Positions 45,278-55,254 of a stretch of DNA of 64,000 nt are shown here, piece by piece. Made by a program: the position numbers and the translations under genes. This DNA comes from Acidimicrobiia bacterium (GTDB taxonomy: Bacteria > Actinomycetota > Acidimicrobiia > Spongiisociales > UBA5794). The stretch covers positions 5,415-69,414 of the forward strand of contig JAUIIM010000004.1 in assembly GCA_030431785.1 (NCBI GenBank), written 5' to 3'. The notes beneath the pieces are model-generated. The model did not search any database, was not told where the DNA came from, and saw only the letters and a program-made list of their open reading frames with translations. The stretch's first letter is position 1; every line of letters begins with the position of its first letter.

Positions 45278-45973
45278 TCAGCCCAATCCCCGAGGCGCGA
45301 CGAGCTCTTCTAGGTCGCTCACTTTCTTTCCGGCAAGGCTGTCCCATAGGACGAGATCCGGGTCGTCGGGTAGTGGTGCGATGTAGGGGACGGCGACGGT
45401 TGTGACTCTTGCGGCCATTGCTGCGGCCACACCGGGTCCGGAATCCTCGATGGCGACGCACTCGTCGGGCGTCAAGGCGGGATCGTGGCGTCGGAGGAGT
45501 GCGATGGCCTTGGCGTATGGCTCGGGATGCGGTTTCCCATGTTCGACGGTGTCGCCGGTCACGATGACGTCGAAGTAGGGATCGGGTAGCTGGTCGATGA
45601 CGGCTTGCACCATTGAACGGTATGACATCGTGACCAATGCACATCGGATGTTGGCGGCGTGGAGTTCATCGAGCAGTTCGCGCGCTCCGGGTCGCCATGG
45701 AAGGGCATCGCGCACCCGATGTTCGACGTGCGTCAGAAGGGTGTCGACGATGGCGTCCTCATCGAGCGCAACGCCGGCAGCTTGGAGAACATCGGCCGTG
45801 TGGAGGAGCGATTGTCCCACCAGCTGCTCTGCCTGCGATTCGGACCACGTCCCGCCGTGTGCCTCCACGAGGGCGCGCTCCGCCTCGATCCAGTACGGCT
45901 CGGTGTCGACGATGGTGCCGTCCATGTCCCAGAGGACGGCCATCAATGGTCGGCGTGGATCGGAAGATCGCAT
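45278..45973 (-). CDS. HAD-superfamily hydrolase (beta-phosphoglucomutase-like subfamily)
   Basis: DMDGTIVDTE motif I, a VTMS region and IEDSGPG motif. Confidence 0.8.
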   Translation of the reverse strand: MRSSDPRRPLMAVLWDMDGTIVDTEPYWIEAERALVEAHGGTWSESQAEQLVGQSLLHTADVLQAAGVALDEDAIVDTLLTHVEHRVRDALPWRPGARELLDELHAANIRCALVTMSYRSMVQAVIDQLPDPYFDVIVTGDTVEHGKPHPEPYAKAIALLRRHDPALTPDECVAIEDSGPGVAAAMAARVTTVAVPYIAPLPDDPDLVLWDSLAGKKVSDLEELVAPRGLG

Positions 45974-45979
45974 GGTGCG

Positions 45980-46630
45980 CTAGTTCGCCCGGCCCGTTTC
46001 GTAGGCCCAGATGGCGAGTTCGACGCGATTCCGGGCTTCGAGTTTCAGCATGAGGTTGGCGATGTGGGTCTTGACAGTCGAGTGGCTGATGAAGAGGTCG
46101 TCAGCAATCTCGGCGTTGGTGCGGCCGCGGGCGACTTCCGCAAGCACCTCCTCCTCACGTTCGGTGAGGGGATCGATGGGTTGGGGGGCTGCTGCCGGGC
46201 GTTCGGTCTTGGCAAAGGTCTCAAGCAGCCGTGCGGTGATGTTGGGGGCCACGAGAGCCTCCCCGCTGGCCGCGGCGTGGATCGCCTGCACCAGCAAATC
46301 TTGGTCGGCGTCCTTGAGTAGGAAGCCGCGAGCCCCTGCCTTGAGTGCGTTGTAGACGTACTCGTCGACGTCGAAGGTGGTGATGATCACGACGGGGATC
46401 GGGTTGTCGACGCCCGCACCGGCCAACTGGCGGGTCGCCTCGATGCCGTCCATGCGTGGCATGTTGATGTCGAGGAGGCAGACATCGGGGCGGAGTTTGC
46501 GGGCGAGTGCGACGGCTTCGACACCGTCGGTCGCTTCCCCGACGATTTCGATGTCGGGATGAGCGTTGAGGATCATGGACAGCCCGGTCCGCACGAGATC
46601 CTGGTCGTCAGCGACTATCACTCGGATCAT
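45980..46630 (-). CDS. NarL/FixJ-family response regulator
   Basis: Receiver domain (VIVADDQ, DVCLLDINMP) plus a LuxR helix-turn-helix. ATGA overlap with the kinase stop codon. Confidence 0.9.
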   Translation of the reverse strand: MIRVIVADDQDLVRTGLSMILNAHPDIEIVGEATDGVEAVALARKLRPDVCLLDINMPRMDGIEATRQLAGAGVDNPIPVVIITTFDVDEYVYNALKAGARGFLLKDADQDLLVQAIHAAASGEALVAPNITARLLETFAKTERPAAAPQPIDPLTEREEEVLAEVARGRTNAEIADDLFISHSTVKTHIANLMLKLEARNRVELAIWAYETGRAN

Positions 46631-47952
46631 GATGGAGCACCTCCCTTGGGGAGAACGGCTTGAACGGTCCATCCTCGTCCCTGATTCGGACCGGCGTTGA
46701 ACGACCCACCGTGCAGGGTCGCCCGTTCGCGCATTCCAACGAGACCGTAGCCCGCAGCCGATTCGGCGTCGAAGTACGACGCATCACCATCGTCGGTGAT
46801 CGTGAGCGTCACCTCCGAGGCGGTCCCGTTGACGGCGACGGAGATCGCATGGGCGTGCCGCGCATGGCGGCGTGCGTTCGTCGTCGCCTCCTGGGCGATG
46901 CGGAAGGCCGCCGTCTGAATGGACGGGGCGACGTCATCGAGGTTCCCTGACAACGACACGTCGATCGGTGGGGTGTGATCGATGTCGGAGAGATCGGCGA
47001 TCTGGTCGAGTGTCTTGCGGGGGCTGTGCTCCTCACCTTCTTTGCGGAGGAGGGCAACGATGTTGCGCATCTCGGTCAGCGTGACACTCGCCTCGGTCTT
47101 GATCGTCTCGAGTGCCCGGATGGAGGCGTCCGGATCGGTGGCGGCGAGTGTGTAGCCGGCCTGGGCCTGGATTGCGATGGCGGACACGTGATGGGCAACG
47201 GTGTCGTGCAGCTCACGGGCCAGCTGCTCGCGTTCTTCGAGCTTCGCCTGGGCCACCGCTCGGTCCTGTGCCCGACCACGGAAGCGAACCGCGGCACCGA
47301 GGGTGGAGGGCACCAGCAGGAAGGCGAACGAAGCCAAAGTGAGCTCGGCACCCGACGGGTACCACAGCATGTTCACGACGTGGCCTACGTTCATGATCGC
47401 CAGACCGAGGATCGCATCGCGCCCCGATCCCCATCGGAACAGCGAATAGGGGAACACAATGGTCCCGATCATGGTCCAAAGGCTCGGTGAATCCAGGCCG
47501 GCGGCGATGGCGGCGATGTCGAGCCCAACCATGACGGTCCACGCCACAGCGACGGATAGCAGCGGGTGGCTGCGCCGGAACAGGAGCATGACGATCGGGA
47601 TGAGCTGGAGGACAACCGACAGCGGTGCCCAGACGATGTCGGGTGTGGTGAGACCTTCGAAGATGGCAAGGGCGAGCAGCACGCCGACGAGGAGCCAGTC
47701 CTTCCAGTCACGTGCGGGAGGATTCGGCTCGGCGGCTTCGGCCCAGAACGATCGGATTGCGTTGATCAGCACCGAGTGAGCATATCCCGGGGTCCGGAGC
47801 GAGACCATCGGCCGAAAGTACGAGATGCCATTCGACCGCCAGACGAGGCGATCCCAGCCTTGCGCCCGATGTATCGCCGCTCCTTCTGTCGCATGCTGAC
47901 ACCAGCCCTCACCGGAGGGTCCACCAACGAAAGGCACTGTCATGCAATCCAT
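46627..47952 (-). CDS. HisKA_3-type sensor histidine kinase
   Basis: H-box ELHDTVAHHVSAI, NARRHA and GYGLVGMRERA, with a multi-pass N-terminus. The start may be the internal ATG near 47808. Confidence 0.8.
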   Translation of the reverse strand: MDCMTVPFVGGPSGEGWCQHATEGAAIHRAQGWDRLVWRSNGISYFRPMVSLRTPGYAHSVLINAIRSFWAEAAEPNPPARDWKDWLLVGVLLALAIFEGLTTPDIVWAPLSVVLQLIPIVMLLFRRSHPLLSVAVAWTVMVGLDIAAIAAGLDSPSLWTMIGTIVFPYSLFRWGSGRDAILGLAIMNVGHVVNMLWYPSGAELTLASFAFLLVPSTLGAAVRFRGRAQDRAVAQAKLEEREQLARELHDTVAHHVSAIAIQAQAGYTLAATDPDASIRALETIKTEASVTLTEMRNIVALLRKEGEEHSPRKTLDQIADLSDIDHTPPIDVSLSGNLDDVAPSIQTAAFRIAQEATTNARRHARHAHAISVAVNGTASEVTLTITDDGDASYFDAESAAGYGLVGMRERATLHGGSFNAGPNQGRGWTVQAVLPKGGAPS

Positions 47953-48634
47953 TCAGAAGATGGGCGGGATCGGATCGATCATCGCCGGCGGCACATTCCT
48001 CGTCGGACTGGCGATGTTCGCCATCATGCTCGGCGACTTCGTCGGGGCCTCAACGGCGGCCGACGCCGTTGAGTTCATCGTCGACAATCAGGCCGCGGTC
48101 TACATCTGGAACATCACCATCCACATCGTGTTCGGGATCGCGCTCGTCCCGCTCGTGCTCGCAATCCGTGATCGGCTCGCCGACGCACGCTCGCCCCTTG
48201 CGCGGGTGTCCACGGTGTTCGGTCTCATCTGGGCCGGTGTCATCGTCTGCACCGGGATGATCACCAACATCGCATACGCCACGGTCACCGACCTTCAAGC
48301 AACCGATCCTGACATGGCAGCCACGGTTTGGTCAGCGCTCGATGCCGTCGCCAACGGTATCGGTGGTGGCAACGAGGTACTCGGCGGGATCTGGGTCCTG
48401 GGTCTCAGCATCGTTGCCCTCCGTGAGCGTCTGTTCGCTCGCTGGACCAACTACCTCGGTGTCGTCATGGGCGTCGCCGCCCTCATCACGATCGTCCCGC
48501 CGCTCGAAGACGTCGGTGCGGTGTTCGGTCTCGGTCTCATCGTCTGGTTCGTCGCCGTCGGAGTCGCACTCATCAAGGGTGCCTCCGACGTCGATGCTCC
48601 GGCCGCCCGCACCGCACAGGACCTGAACGTCTGA
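47942..48634 (+). CDS. polytopic membrane protein (DUF4386-like, tentative)
   Basis: 230 aa with about 6 hydrophobic helices. Divergent from the two-component system. Confidence 0.5.
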   Translation: MQSIQKMGGIGSIIAGGTFLVGLAMFAIMLGDFVGASTAADAVEFIVDNQAAVYIWNITIHIVFGIALVPLVLAIRDRLADARSPLARVSTVFGLIWAGVIVCTGMITNIAYATVTDLQATDPDMAATVWSALDAVANGIGGGNEVLGGIWVLGLSIVALRERLFARWTNYLGVVMGVAALITIVPPLEDVGAVFGLGLIVWFVAVGVALIKGASDVDAPAARTAQDLNV

Positions 48635-48670
48635 AGCACCGACCGGACAAACGCAGAGAGAGGAAGCAGA

Positions 48671-49138
48671 ATGACAACCACAACCGTCAACACAAAGCAG
48701 GGATCCATCCTCGACCGGCTGGTGAAGCCGTTCGGGATCGTTGCGGCAGGAATGTTCACCGCGTTCGCCGGATTCCAGATCGCACTGATGCTCGGTGCAC
48801 CCTGGGGTGAACACGTCTGGGGGAGCGCCTTCTCGGCGCAACTCCCACCTGCCATGCGAGTCGCCAGTGGCGCCGCAGCGCTCATCCTCATCGGGATGGC
48901 GACGATCGTGCTCGCACGCGCAGGGGTGGTCCGGCAACTCTCGGATATGCGGTTCCTCACCGGCTCCACATGGGCGGTTGCCGGCTACATGGCGTTCAAC
49001 ACGCTCGGCAACCTCGCCTCCGAGAGCACCATCGAGAGCAACGTGTTCGGCCCGGCCACGTTCGTGATGGCGGTCCTCACCGCTTACGTCGCCTTCCGTG
49101 GCCCTCGCGTCGTTGGGGGTGCGCACAATGGCTCCTGA
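48671..49138 (+). CDS. hypothetical membrane protein
   Basis: 155 aa with 4 hydrophobic segments. Confidence 0.5.
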   Translation: MTTTTVNTKQGSILDRLVKPFGIVAAGMFTAFAGFQIALMLGAPWGEHVWGSAFSAQLPPAMRVASGAAALILIGMATIVLARAGVVRQLSDMRFLTGSTWAVAGYMAFNTLGNLASESTIESNVFGPATFVMAVLTAYVAFRGPRVVGGAHNGS

Positions 49139-49298
49139 CGATCACTCTCACAGTCCGCGCCGATTCGTACCGTGGCTGTGGTGTGCGGTGACGGTTGGGC
49201 TCCTGGGCGCTGTTGTGATCACAACGGTGCCGGCCTGGCTGGTCGCCGTGTGGGTTGCGTCGACGGGCGTCGCGATCACCCGGGGATCTCTCCGATGA
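49098..49298 (+). CDS. small two-helix membrane protein, hypothetical
   Basis: 66 aa. Its stop codon overlaps the ATG of the next gene (ATGA). Weak evidence. Confidence 0.3.
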   Translation: MALASLGVRTMAPDDHSHSPRRFVPWLWCAVTVGLLGAVVITTVPAWLVAVWVASTGVAITRGSLR

Positions 49299-50173
49299 AC
49301 CCCCGTGCAAACGACAGGCCGTCGATCTTCATCGCCGGAGCAACGGGATATCTCGGTCGCCACCTGTGCGCCGAGTACCAGTCCAGAGGCTGGCACGTGA
49401 GTGCCCTCGTGCGCGACACCGAGCGAGCCGGAGATCTTGCGGCCGACCGGTTGGTCGAAGCGCAAGCAACCCGACCCGAGACGCTCGCAGGGGTCATCGA
49501 CGGTGCAGACGCCGTTGTTTCCTCACTCGGCATCACACGACAGACTGATGGGCTGACCTACCAAGACGTCGACTTCCAGGCGAACGTGAACCTGCTCGTG
49601 GAAGCCGAGCGGGCCGGAGTCGAGCGTTTCGGCTATGTCCACGTGCTCAATGCCGACGAGATGCAGCAGGTTCCACTCGTCGCAGCCAAGGCGGCGTTTG
49701 TGCGGCGCCTCAGGGAATCCCGGATTCCATCGACCGTGGTCGCTCCGACCGGCTACTTCTCCGACATGGCCGACTTCCTGGCGATGGCGCGTCGTGGGCG
49801 TGTGTGGCTCTTCGGGGACGGGCAACGACGCATCAACCCGATCCATGGTGCTGATCTCGCCGCAGGTATCGCCGATGCGATGATCGAAGGTCGGAGGCAG
49901 GTCGACATCGGCGGACCCGATGTGTTGTCCCACGAGCAGGTCGCACAGCTTGCGTTTGCGTCACTGGGACGTCCGGCTCGCATCACCACCATCCCTGACG
50001 CTCTCCGTCGTCTCACACTGAGGATCCTGCCGTACACGACGCCGCGCCGTGTGCACGGACCGGGCACCTTCTTCCTCACGGCGATGGGTCTCGACATGGT
50101 CGGAGAGCCCCACGGAACCCACCGGCTCGCCGACTTCTATGCCGAGACCACAGGCAATCCACCCGTCCACTGA
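49295..50173 (+). CDS. NAD(P)-binding NmrA/atypical-SDR family protein
   Basis: Rossmann motif IFIAGATGYLGRHL. Start at ATG 49295. Confidence 0.75.
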   Translation: MNPRANDRPSIFIAGATGYLGRHLCAEYQSRGWHVSALVRDTERAGDLAADRLVEAQATRPETLAGVIDGADAVVSSLGITRQTDGLTYQDVDFQANVNLLVEAERAGVERFGYVHVLNADEMQQVPLVAAKAAFVRRLRESRIPSTVVAPTGYFSDMADFLAMARRGRVWLFGDGQRRINPIHGADLAAGIADAMIEGRRQVDIGGPDVLSHEQVAQLAFASLGRPARITTIPDALRRLTLRILPYTTPRRVHGPGTFFLTAMGLDMVGEPHGTHRLADFYAETTGNPPVH

Positions 50174-50207
50174 CCACTACCGACCCATCAACAGAACAGG
50201 AGACACG

Positions 50208-51089
50208 ATGAAGACGACCAATCCAGCAGCCACCCGGATCACCTCGCCCGTTGTGCTTGCAGCGGTGCTTCTTGCCAGCGGGCTGCCGTCCCTGATCGCT
50301 GACGCCCTCGGTGCCGACCGTGTCGTCGTCGGCACGGTGCAGGTCGTCGCGCTCATCCTCATCGGCGCAGCCGTGTTCCTCGTGCCGTCCCAGCGGCACG
50401 CACGCCCTGCCGTTGTGGTGCTGGGTGTCCTCGGCGTGTTCTTCCACATCGGGCTCAACTGGCTGCGCAGCTCCGAGATCGGAGTGTCACTGTTCACCGA
50501 AGGGGAACTCTGGGTACAACTTGCGGCGTGGCAGCTGTTGAGCACGCTCATCACTGTCGGGTTGTTCCTATTCCTGCGCTTTCAGCGCCTCTCCCGTGCC
50601 GAGATGTTTGCGACCGTCGGATCGCCGAGTGCAGACGCTGCACCGATTCCGTGGCTCGGTCACAAGGAGGCGAAGCCGTGGACAGCGTTCGGTCGCGAGC
50701 TCGCATTCATCCTGACGGGGGCAACGTTGCTGTTCGTGTGGCTCGGAGGGGGCTACGACGGTGCGACCGTCAAGAGTCTGCTTCTCGCGGTCCCGGTGAT
50801 CGCCGTGTTCGCCGCCGTCAACGCATTCAACGAGGAGTTCCAGGCGCGGAACGCCATCCTTGCGACCTTCGAGCCGATTGCCGGTGGAGCGAATGCAGCA
50901 CTGGTCTCGGCATTCGTCTTCGGGAGCTGGCACTTCGCCGGCACGCCGGGCGGCGTCATCGGAGCCGTCATGGCAGGGTTTGCCGGATGGCTCTGGGCAC
51001 GTTCGATGGTCGAGACCCGAGGGATGGGCATGGCGTGGACCCTGCACTTCCTACAGGATGTCGTGATCTTTGCGGCCCTGTTGTCGTGA
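50208..51089 (+). CDS. CPBP (CAAX) family intramembrane metalloprotease
   Basis: Motifs NEEFQAR (EExxxR), FGSWH and HFLQD. Polytopic. Confidence 0.75.
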   Translation: MKTTNPAATRITSPVVLAAVLLASGLPSLIADALGADRVVVGTVQVVALILIGAAVFLVPSQRHARPAVVVLGVLGVFFHIGLNWLRSSEIGVSLFTEGELWVQLAAWQLLSTLITVGLFLFLRFQRLSRAEMFATVGSPSADAAPIPWLGHKEAKPWTAFGRELAFILTGATLLFVWLGGGYDGATVKSLLLAVPVIAVFAAVNAFNEEFQARNAILATFEPIAGGANAALVSAFVFGSWHFAGTPGGVIGAVMAGFAGWLWARSMVETRGMGMAWTLHFLQDVVIFAALLS

Positions 51090-51094
51090 ACCGG

Positions 51095-51451
51095 CTAGGC
51101 GGCTGTCCGCAGGATCGAGGTCATCTTCTTCCCACGGGCGAGTTCATCGATGAGTTTGTCCAGGTACCGGATTTCCTGCATCAACGGCTCTTCGATGTCC
51201 TCGACTCGGACGCCGCACACCACGCCGGTGATGAGATGACGATCGGGGTTCATCGCCGGTGCACGATCAAAGAATTCGGCAAAGCTGCGGTCGTCATCGA
51301 GCGCCGCCTGTAACCCACTTGTGTCGTATCCGGTGAGCCATTCGATGATCTCGTCGACCTGCTCCTTCGACCGGTTCTTCCGCTCCACCTTGGCGACGTA
51401 CAGCGGATACACCGAGGCGAAGCTCATCGAATAGATGCGGTGCTCAGTCAT
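51095..51451 (-). CDS. DUF2200-like protein
   Basis: 118 aa starting [25 protein letters not shown]. Family assignment is from memory. Confidence 0.6.
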   Translation of the reverse strand: MTEHRIYSMSFASVYPLYVAKVERKNRSKEQVDEIIEWLTGYDTSGLQAALDDDRSFAEFFDRAPAMNPDRHLITGVVCGVRVEDIEEPLMQEIRYLDKLIDELARGKKMTSILRTAA

Positions 51452-51536
51452 GAAGCGACACTCCTGTCGGGGCTCCGGTGCGCTTCCGCGATTGTACTGT
51501 CGCAACCCTCCGGGGTACACCGGTAGCCTGCGGTGG

Positions 51537-52040
51537 ATGTTCGAAGTTTGCGAACGCATCCGGTGGAGCGCGGCGCTATTCGTTGTCATGATGTGCGGCG
51601 CCGTGTCCGCCTGCTCACCAACAGCAGCGACGACCACCGCGACAACGCCACCGGTAACGGCACCGGCCACGTTCGATGCATCGCTCCTCGACGACGACTT
51701 GATCGAAAGGACGCGGGAGATGATGCATCAGGGCGCGGCATTGGCGGAGCAGATCACGCTTCCCCCGCCGGATGATCTGCTCAACGAGCTGCAGCTCCTG
51801 GCCTCGCGTTGGTCGGGTACGGCGCGCTTCTCTCCCGACGATATCGAGGACCTGTACTGGCAACAGGCGTTGAACTACGAGGATGTGCGCGTCGGACTTC
51901 GGTACATGCAGACGGAGGGGTGCGATGTGCCGGACCAGCCGTGTTCGGGACCCCCGGCTGATTGGCAAGCCGGGCTCGCCGACGCACAGCGAATCGAGTC
52001 CATACTGAAGGCACTGTTCGCTGAGTACGAGTCGAAGTAG
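51537..52040 (+). CDS. hypothetical lipoprotein
   Basis: Signal peptide with lipobox (VSACS) and a Thr/Pro linker. Confidence 0.45.
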   Translation: MFEVCERIRWSAALFVVMMCGAVSACSPTAATTTATTPPVTAPATFDASLLDDDLIERTREMMHQGAALAEQITLPPPDDLLNELQLLASRWSGTARFSPDDIEDLYWQQALNYEDVRVGLRYMQTEGCDVPDQPCSGPPADWQAGLADAQRIESILKALFAEYESK

Positions 52041-52086
52041 CCGATCGGTGTCGGCCGGGTAGCCCGACCACCGTTGCCCGCTGGCG

Positions 52087-52776
52087 TCAGACGTCTTTGA
52101 ACGGGCCTGCAGTCTCCGATTCGGAATCAGTGGCTCCGACCATGGCTGCTGCTGCGTCGCGTTGTGCCCGCGTGAGCTGATACACCATCCGCCCGCACAG
52201 GACAGCTGCGACCCCCATCACCCCCCAAGCGACGCCACCCACACGTAGCGCCGATTCGAGCCCGTCGATTGTCGTCGCAGAGTTGATCATCGCAGCAGTC
52301 CATCTGGTTGACAGGACCCCTACGAGGAGGAACGCCGTCCACCACGCTGCGATCGCCGGTAGCCGATGGTTTCTCCAGCGACTCCCGGCCTCGGGTGGCG
52401 CGGTCGAAGCTCGCGCGGTCTCGTGCATGACCCGATAGGGCATGAACAGGTTCGCGATCGGAACGAACCACCACCAAACGGCTGATGCGTGGGAGAACCT
52501 CAGATCGGAACGCTCGAGAGCGGTCTCAAGGTTTCGGTGAGCTCTGTATGCCCAGACGAGAAACGACGTTCCCGTCAGAAGGAACGGAACGAACCATGAC
52601 TCCTCGATCGTGATGAGCGTGTCGATCATCGAAGGGCTCAAGGACGCAAGGTCGCCGAAGGCGAACCACACCTCCATGGCTGCGTACGCAATCCACAGGG
52701 CTAGGCCGGCAAACACAAGCCCCATCGGCGCCTGAAGGCGCGCTACTTCACGCGTTCGGTCGACGTGATTGGTCAT
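52087..52776 (-). CDS. DUF4328-like membrane protein
   Basis: Region WWWFVPIANLFMPYRVM and multiple transmembrane helices. Start at ATG 52776. Confidence 0.6.
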   Translation of the reverse strand: MTNHVDRTREVARLQAPMGLVFAGLALWIAYAAMEVWFAFGDLASLSPSMIDTLITIEESWFVPFLLTGTSFLVWAYRAHRNLETALERSDLRFSHASAVWWWFVPIANLFMPYRVMHETARASTAPPEAGSRWRNHRLPAIAAWWTAFLLVGVLSTRWTAAMINSATTIDGLESALRVGGVAWGVMGVAAVLCGRMVYQLTRAQRDAAAAMVGATDSESETAGPFKDV

Positions 52777-52839
52777 GCTGTAGCTCCTGCCGTCGGTCGG
52801 GTGCATTCTTGCACGGCGTCTTCAGCGTTGCCTGAGCCC

Positions 52840-54759
52840 CTACTCCGGCCGCATGACCCCGGGGTCGGTGTAGGTGCGGGGGACGATCCAGCGGTGGGGT
52901 TCGATCCCGGTGGCGCGGCGGTCGGAGAGGAACTTGCCGAAGAGAGCGGACAGGTCCTGGGCGTCGACCGGTGCGTCCCAGCACGCGGTATCACTCAAAG
53001 GACAGGGGAGTGGATGGCCCGACGCCAGCACGGCTCGGGCTGCCGCCATGTCGGGATCGTCGCCGACGGGCTCGAGTTCGTCGATCCACGCAAAGAACTC
53101 GACCAACATCCGATGGGTCGAGATGGGAGGCTCGCAGTCGTCCCGCTCAGGGTCGCAGCCTACGGCGTATCCCTGGGCGCGACGCCACTCGTAGGAGCCT
53201 TCGGCGGTCCATCCCCCCGCCGTGAAGCGGAGTTCATCGGGTGAGGCACTGTGCGACGGACGGTCACACTCGAGTTCGTCGTACAGGAACCAGACCTCCG
53301 GATCGTGTCCGTCCGGCATCGGCGTGTTGCCGAGCCAGACCAGCTTGCGGTGACCGTCGAAGAGGATCAGGTCGGGTCGGCCATCACCGTCGTACTCGGA
53401 CGCCGAGATGTCGAGGACGCTGTCGGGAACACCTCGAATCCGCTCGGAATAGTCGACTTCCTGCCAATCTGACGCGGCGAACCGGATCGTCAGGTCGTCG
53501 CCGTCGAGCGTCCACAGGTCGGGTCGATTGTCGAGGTCGCGGTCACCCCACGAAAACATGGCACCGTCCGGTGTGGGTACCTCGAATGTCCCCTGTTGGG
53601 CGACCTCACCCGTTTCCGGGTCGACATCCCAGATCGTCAGGACACCCTCGTCGAGAATCGCAAGGTCGAGGTTGCCGTCGACGTCGAAATCGGCCGTGCT
53701 GACCCACGCCGAGTCGGCCGGAACCGGGATGTCGAGTGTGCTCGTCCACTCAGCGTTGTAGCCCCCGAACGCCCACCGCACCGTCAATCCGAGCCCATCG
53801 GCCTGTTCGTTGAGGACCCAGAAGTCGTTTCCGCCGAGGCCGTCCCAATCGCCGAAACCGAACGCCGCGGCATCACGCACCCGTGCTCCCAATCCGGGAA
53901 CGTGGGAGCGGCGCGCCGAACAGGCGTCGTGGTTGCGCGCTGAGATGGACGAATCGATCACGACATCGGTCCCGTTCGGGCGAATGCGTACGACGTCCAC
54001 GGTGCCGTTCTCTGTCGTGTCGGCGAGGATCGTCTCCAGTGGCACCGTCGCGGGGGAGTCCACCGTGAGGATCCGCTCCGGCAGCTCGAACGGTGCAAGG
54101 TCGGTGACCGGTTCGTACGGGAGTGGGATGGAGTCGTAGTCGCTGAAGGCGGGACCCTGCCATGCCCAATGCATCGTGTCCTTCGAACCGACCCACAGGC
54201 CGCCCCAGCAGAACCCGGCGTCGAGGAACGACTGCACCCACCAATCCGGGAAGTCCGTGATCAGCTTGTTGTCGCCGCGGTACGGGTTCCTGGGTGCGTT
54301 GATGTCGATCGCGATGCCGTACGTGTGGCGTGAGATGCGCAGACTTCCGCCGATCGTGCGTGACGCAGCCGAACCGGTCCAGTCCGGGCGAATCTGATAC
54401 CTGCCTTCGGTTTCGGCGAGTTCGAGGATCGCTTCGTGGGCATCCTCAAGGGCAGGAACCATCCACGGATGGACACCAACGGTGAACGGTGAACCCGGGA
54501 CGTTGTATCGGACGAGATAGTTGTGGACGTCTTGGACGGTACGACCGAAGAAGGCTCCGAAATCCCCACGGAGCAGATCACCATGTGCCAGCCACCCGGT
54601 CTCATCAGCGTGGGCGGTGGGGATTCGCTGTGCGCCACAGGCCGATGACTCGGTGAACGCAGGCCAGGTCTGTCCTTCGCCACCGACTGCTTCTGCCGGG
54701 GAAGTCGAGAACACAAGTATTGCGCCGACGGCTGCGACCAACGTCGCGAGGGAACGCAT
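52840..54759 (-). CDS. secreted M15 (LAS-type, VanY-like) peptidase domain fused to FG-GAP/VCBS-like repeats
   Basis: Signal peptide (MRSLATLVAAVGAILVFSTSPAEA), SRHTYGIAIDIN and DTMHW metal motifs, then repeats such as FDVDGNLDLAILD and EYDGDGRPDLILFDG. Confidence 0.7.
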   Translation of the reverse strand: MRSLATLVAAVGAILVFSTSPAEAVGGEGQTWPAFTESSACGAQRIPTAHADETGWLAHGDLLRGDFGAFFGRTVQDVHNYLVRYNVPGSPFTVGVHPWMVPALEDAHEAILELAETEGRYQIRPDWTGSAASRTIGGSLRISRHTYGIAIDINAPRNPYRGDNKLITDFPDWWVQSFLDAGFCWGGLWVGSKDTMHWAWQGPAFSDYDSIPLPYEPVTDLAPFELPERILTVDSPATVPLETILADTTENGTVDVVRIRPNGTDVVIDSSISARNHDACSARRSHVPGLGARVRDAAAFGFGDWDGLGGNDFWVLNEQADGLGLTVRWAFGGYNAEWTSTLDIPVPADSAWVSTADFDVDGNLDLAILDEGVLTIWDVDPETGEVAQQGTFEVPTPDGAMFSWGDRDLDNRPDLWTLDGDDLTIRFAASDWQEVDYSERIRGVPDSVLDISASEYDGDGRPDLILFDGHRKLVWLGNTPMPDGHDPEVWFLYDELECDRPSHSASPDELRFTAGGWTAEGSYEWRRAQGYAVGCDPERDDCEPPISTHRMLVEFFAWIDELEPVGDDPDMAAARAVLASGHPLPCPLSDTACWDAPVDAQDLSALFGKFLSDRRATGIEPHRWIVPRTYTDPGVMRPE

Positions 54760-54827
54760 ACGGGTACCGTAGCGGTCGAAACGAGGTGCGCTACGCACTC
54801 GACCCCGGTGTGGATGCGGTGGTTTGA

Positions 54828-55253
54828 ATGGGAACATCGAAAGACCCTCTGGATATCTTCGGTAGCGAAGTGCGGTCCCTCCACGAGTTCTTCAACGCCT
54901 GGTTCAACGATGGGACGACGGCAGGGTTGTCGATGCAGGACCTTGCGAGACGTCTCCACAACGATTTCTGGCTCATCTCGCCCCGTGGGGAACGTGTCGA
55001 TCGATCCGAAACCCTTCAGCTCATCGAATCGCTTGGCGCCACCTCGAACCCTGGGATCCGTGTCCACTCGTTCGATGTGGACCTTGTCACCGAGGACATG
55101 ATCGTCGGTACATACATCGAGGAACACACCGGTGTCGAGCCGATGACGAGCCGCTTCTCGACGGCCGGGTTGATCGCATCCGACCGGTCACCAACCGGCT
55201 GGGTATGGCGATTCGTCCACGAGACATGGAAGCCAGGCTCGGAACCGGGCTGA
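54828..55253 (+). CDS. NTF2-fold (SnoaL/DUF4440-like) protein
   Basis: 141 aa. The family call is tentative. Confidence 0.5.
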   Translation: MGTSKDPLDIFGSEVRSLHEFFNAWFNDGTTAGLSMQDLARRLHNDFWLISPRGERVDRSETLQLIESLGATSNPGIRVHSFDVDLVTEDMIVGTYIEEHTGVEPMTSRFSTAGLIASDRSPTGWVWRFVHETWKPGSEPG

Positions 55254-55254
55254 G

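Noticed and set aside
44046-45300. att-site duplication of the tRNA-Val 3' end delimiting a genomic island
   Set aside because: I could find no repeat of the tRNA 3' segment by eye and no integrase gene. The island boundaries therefore remain undefined.
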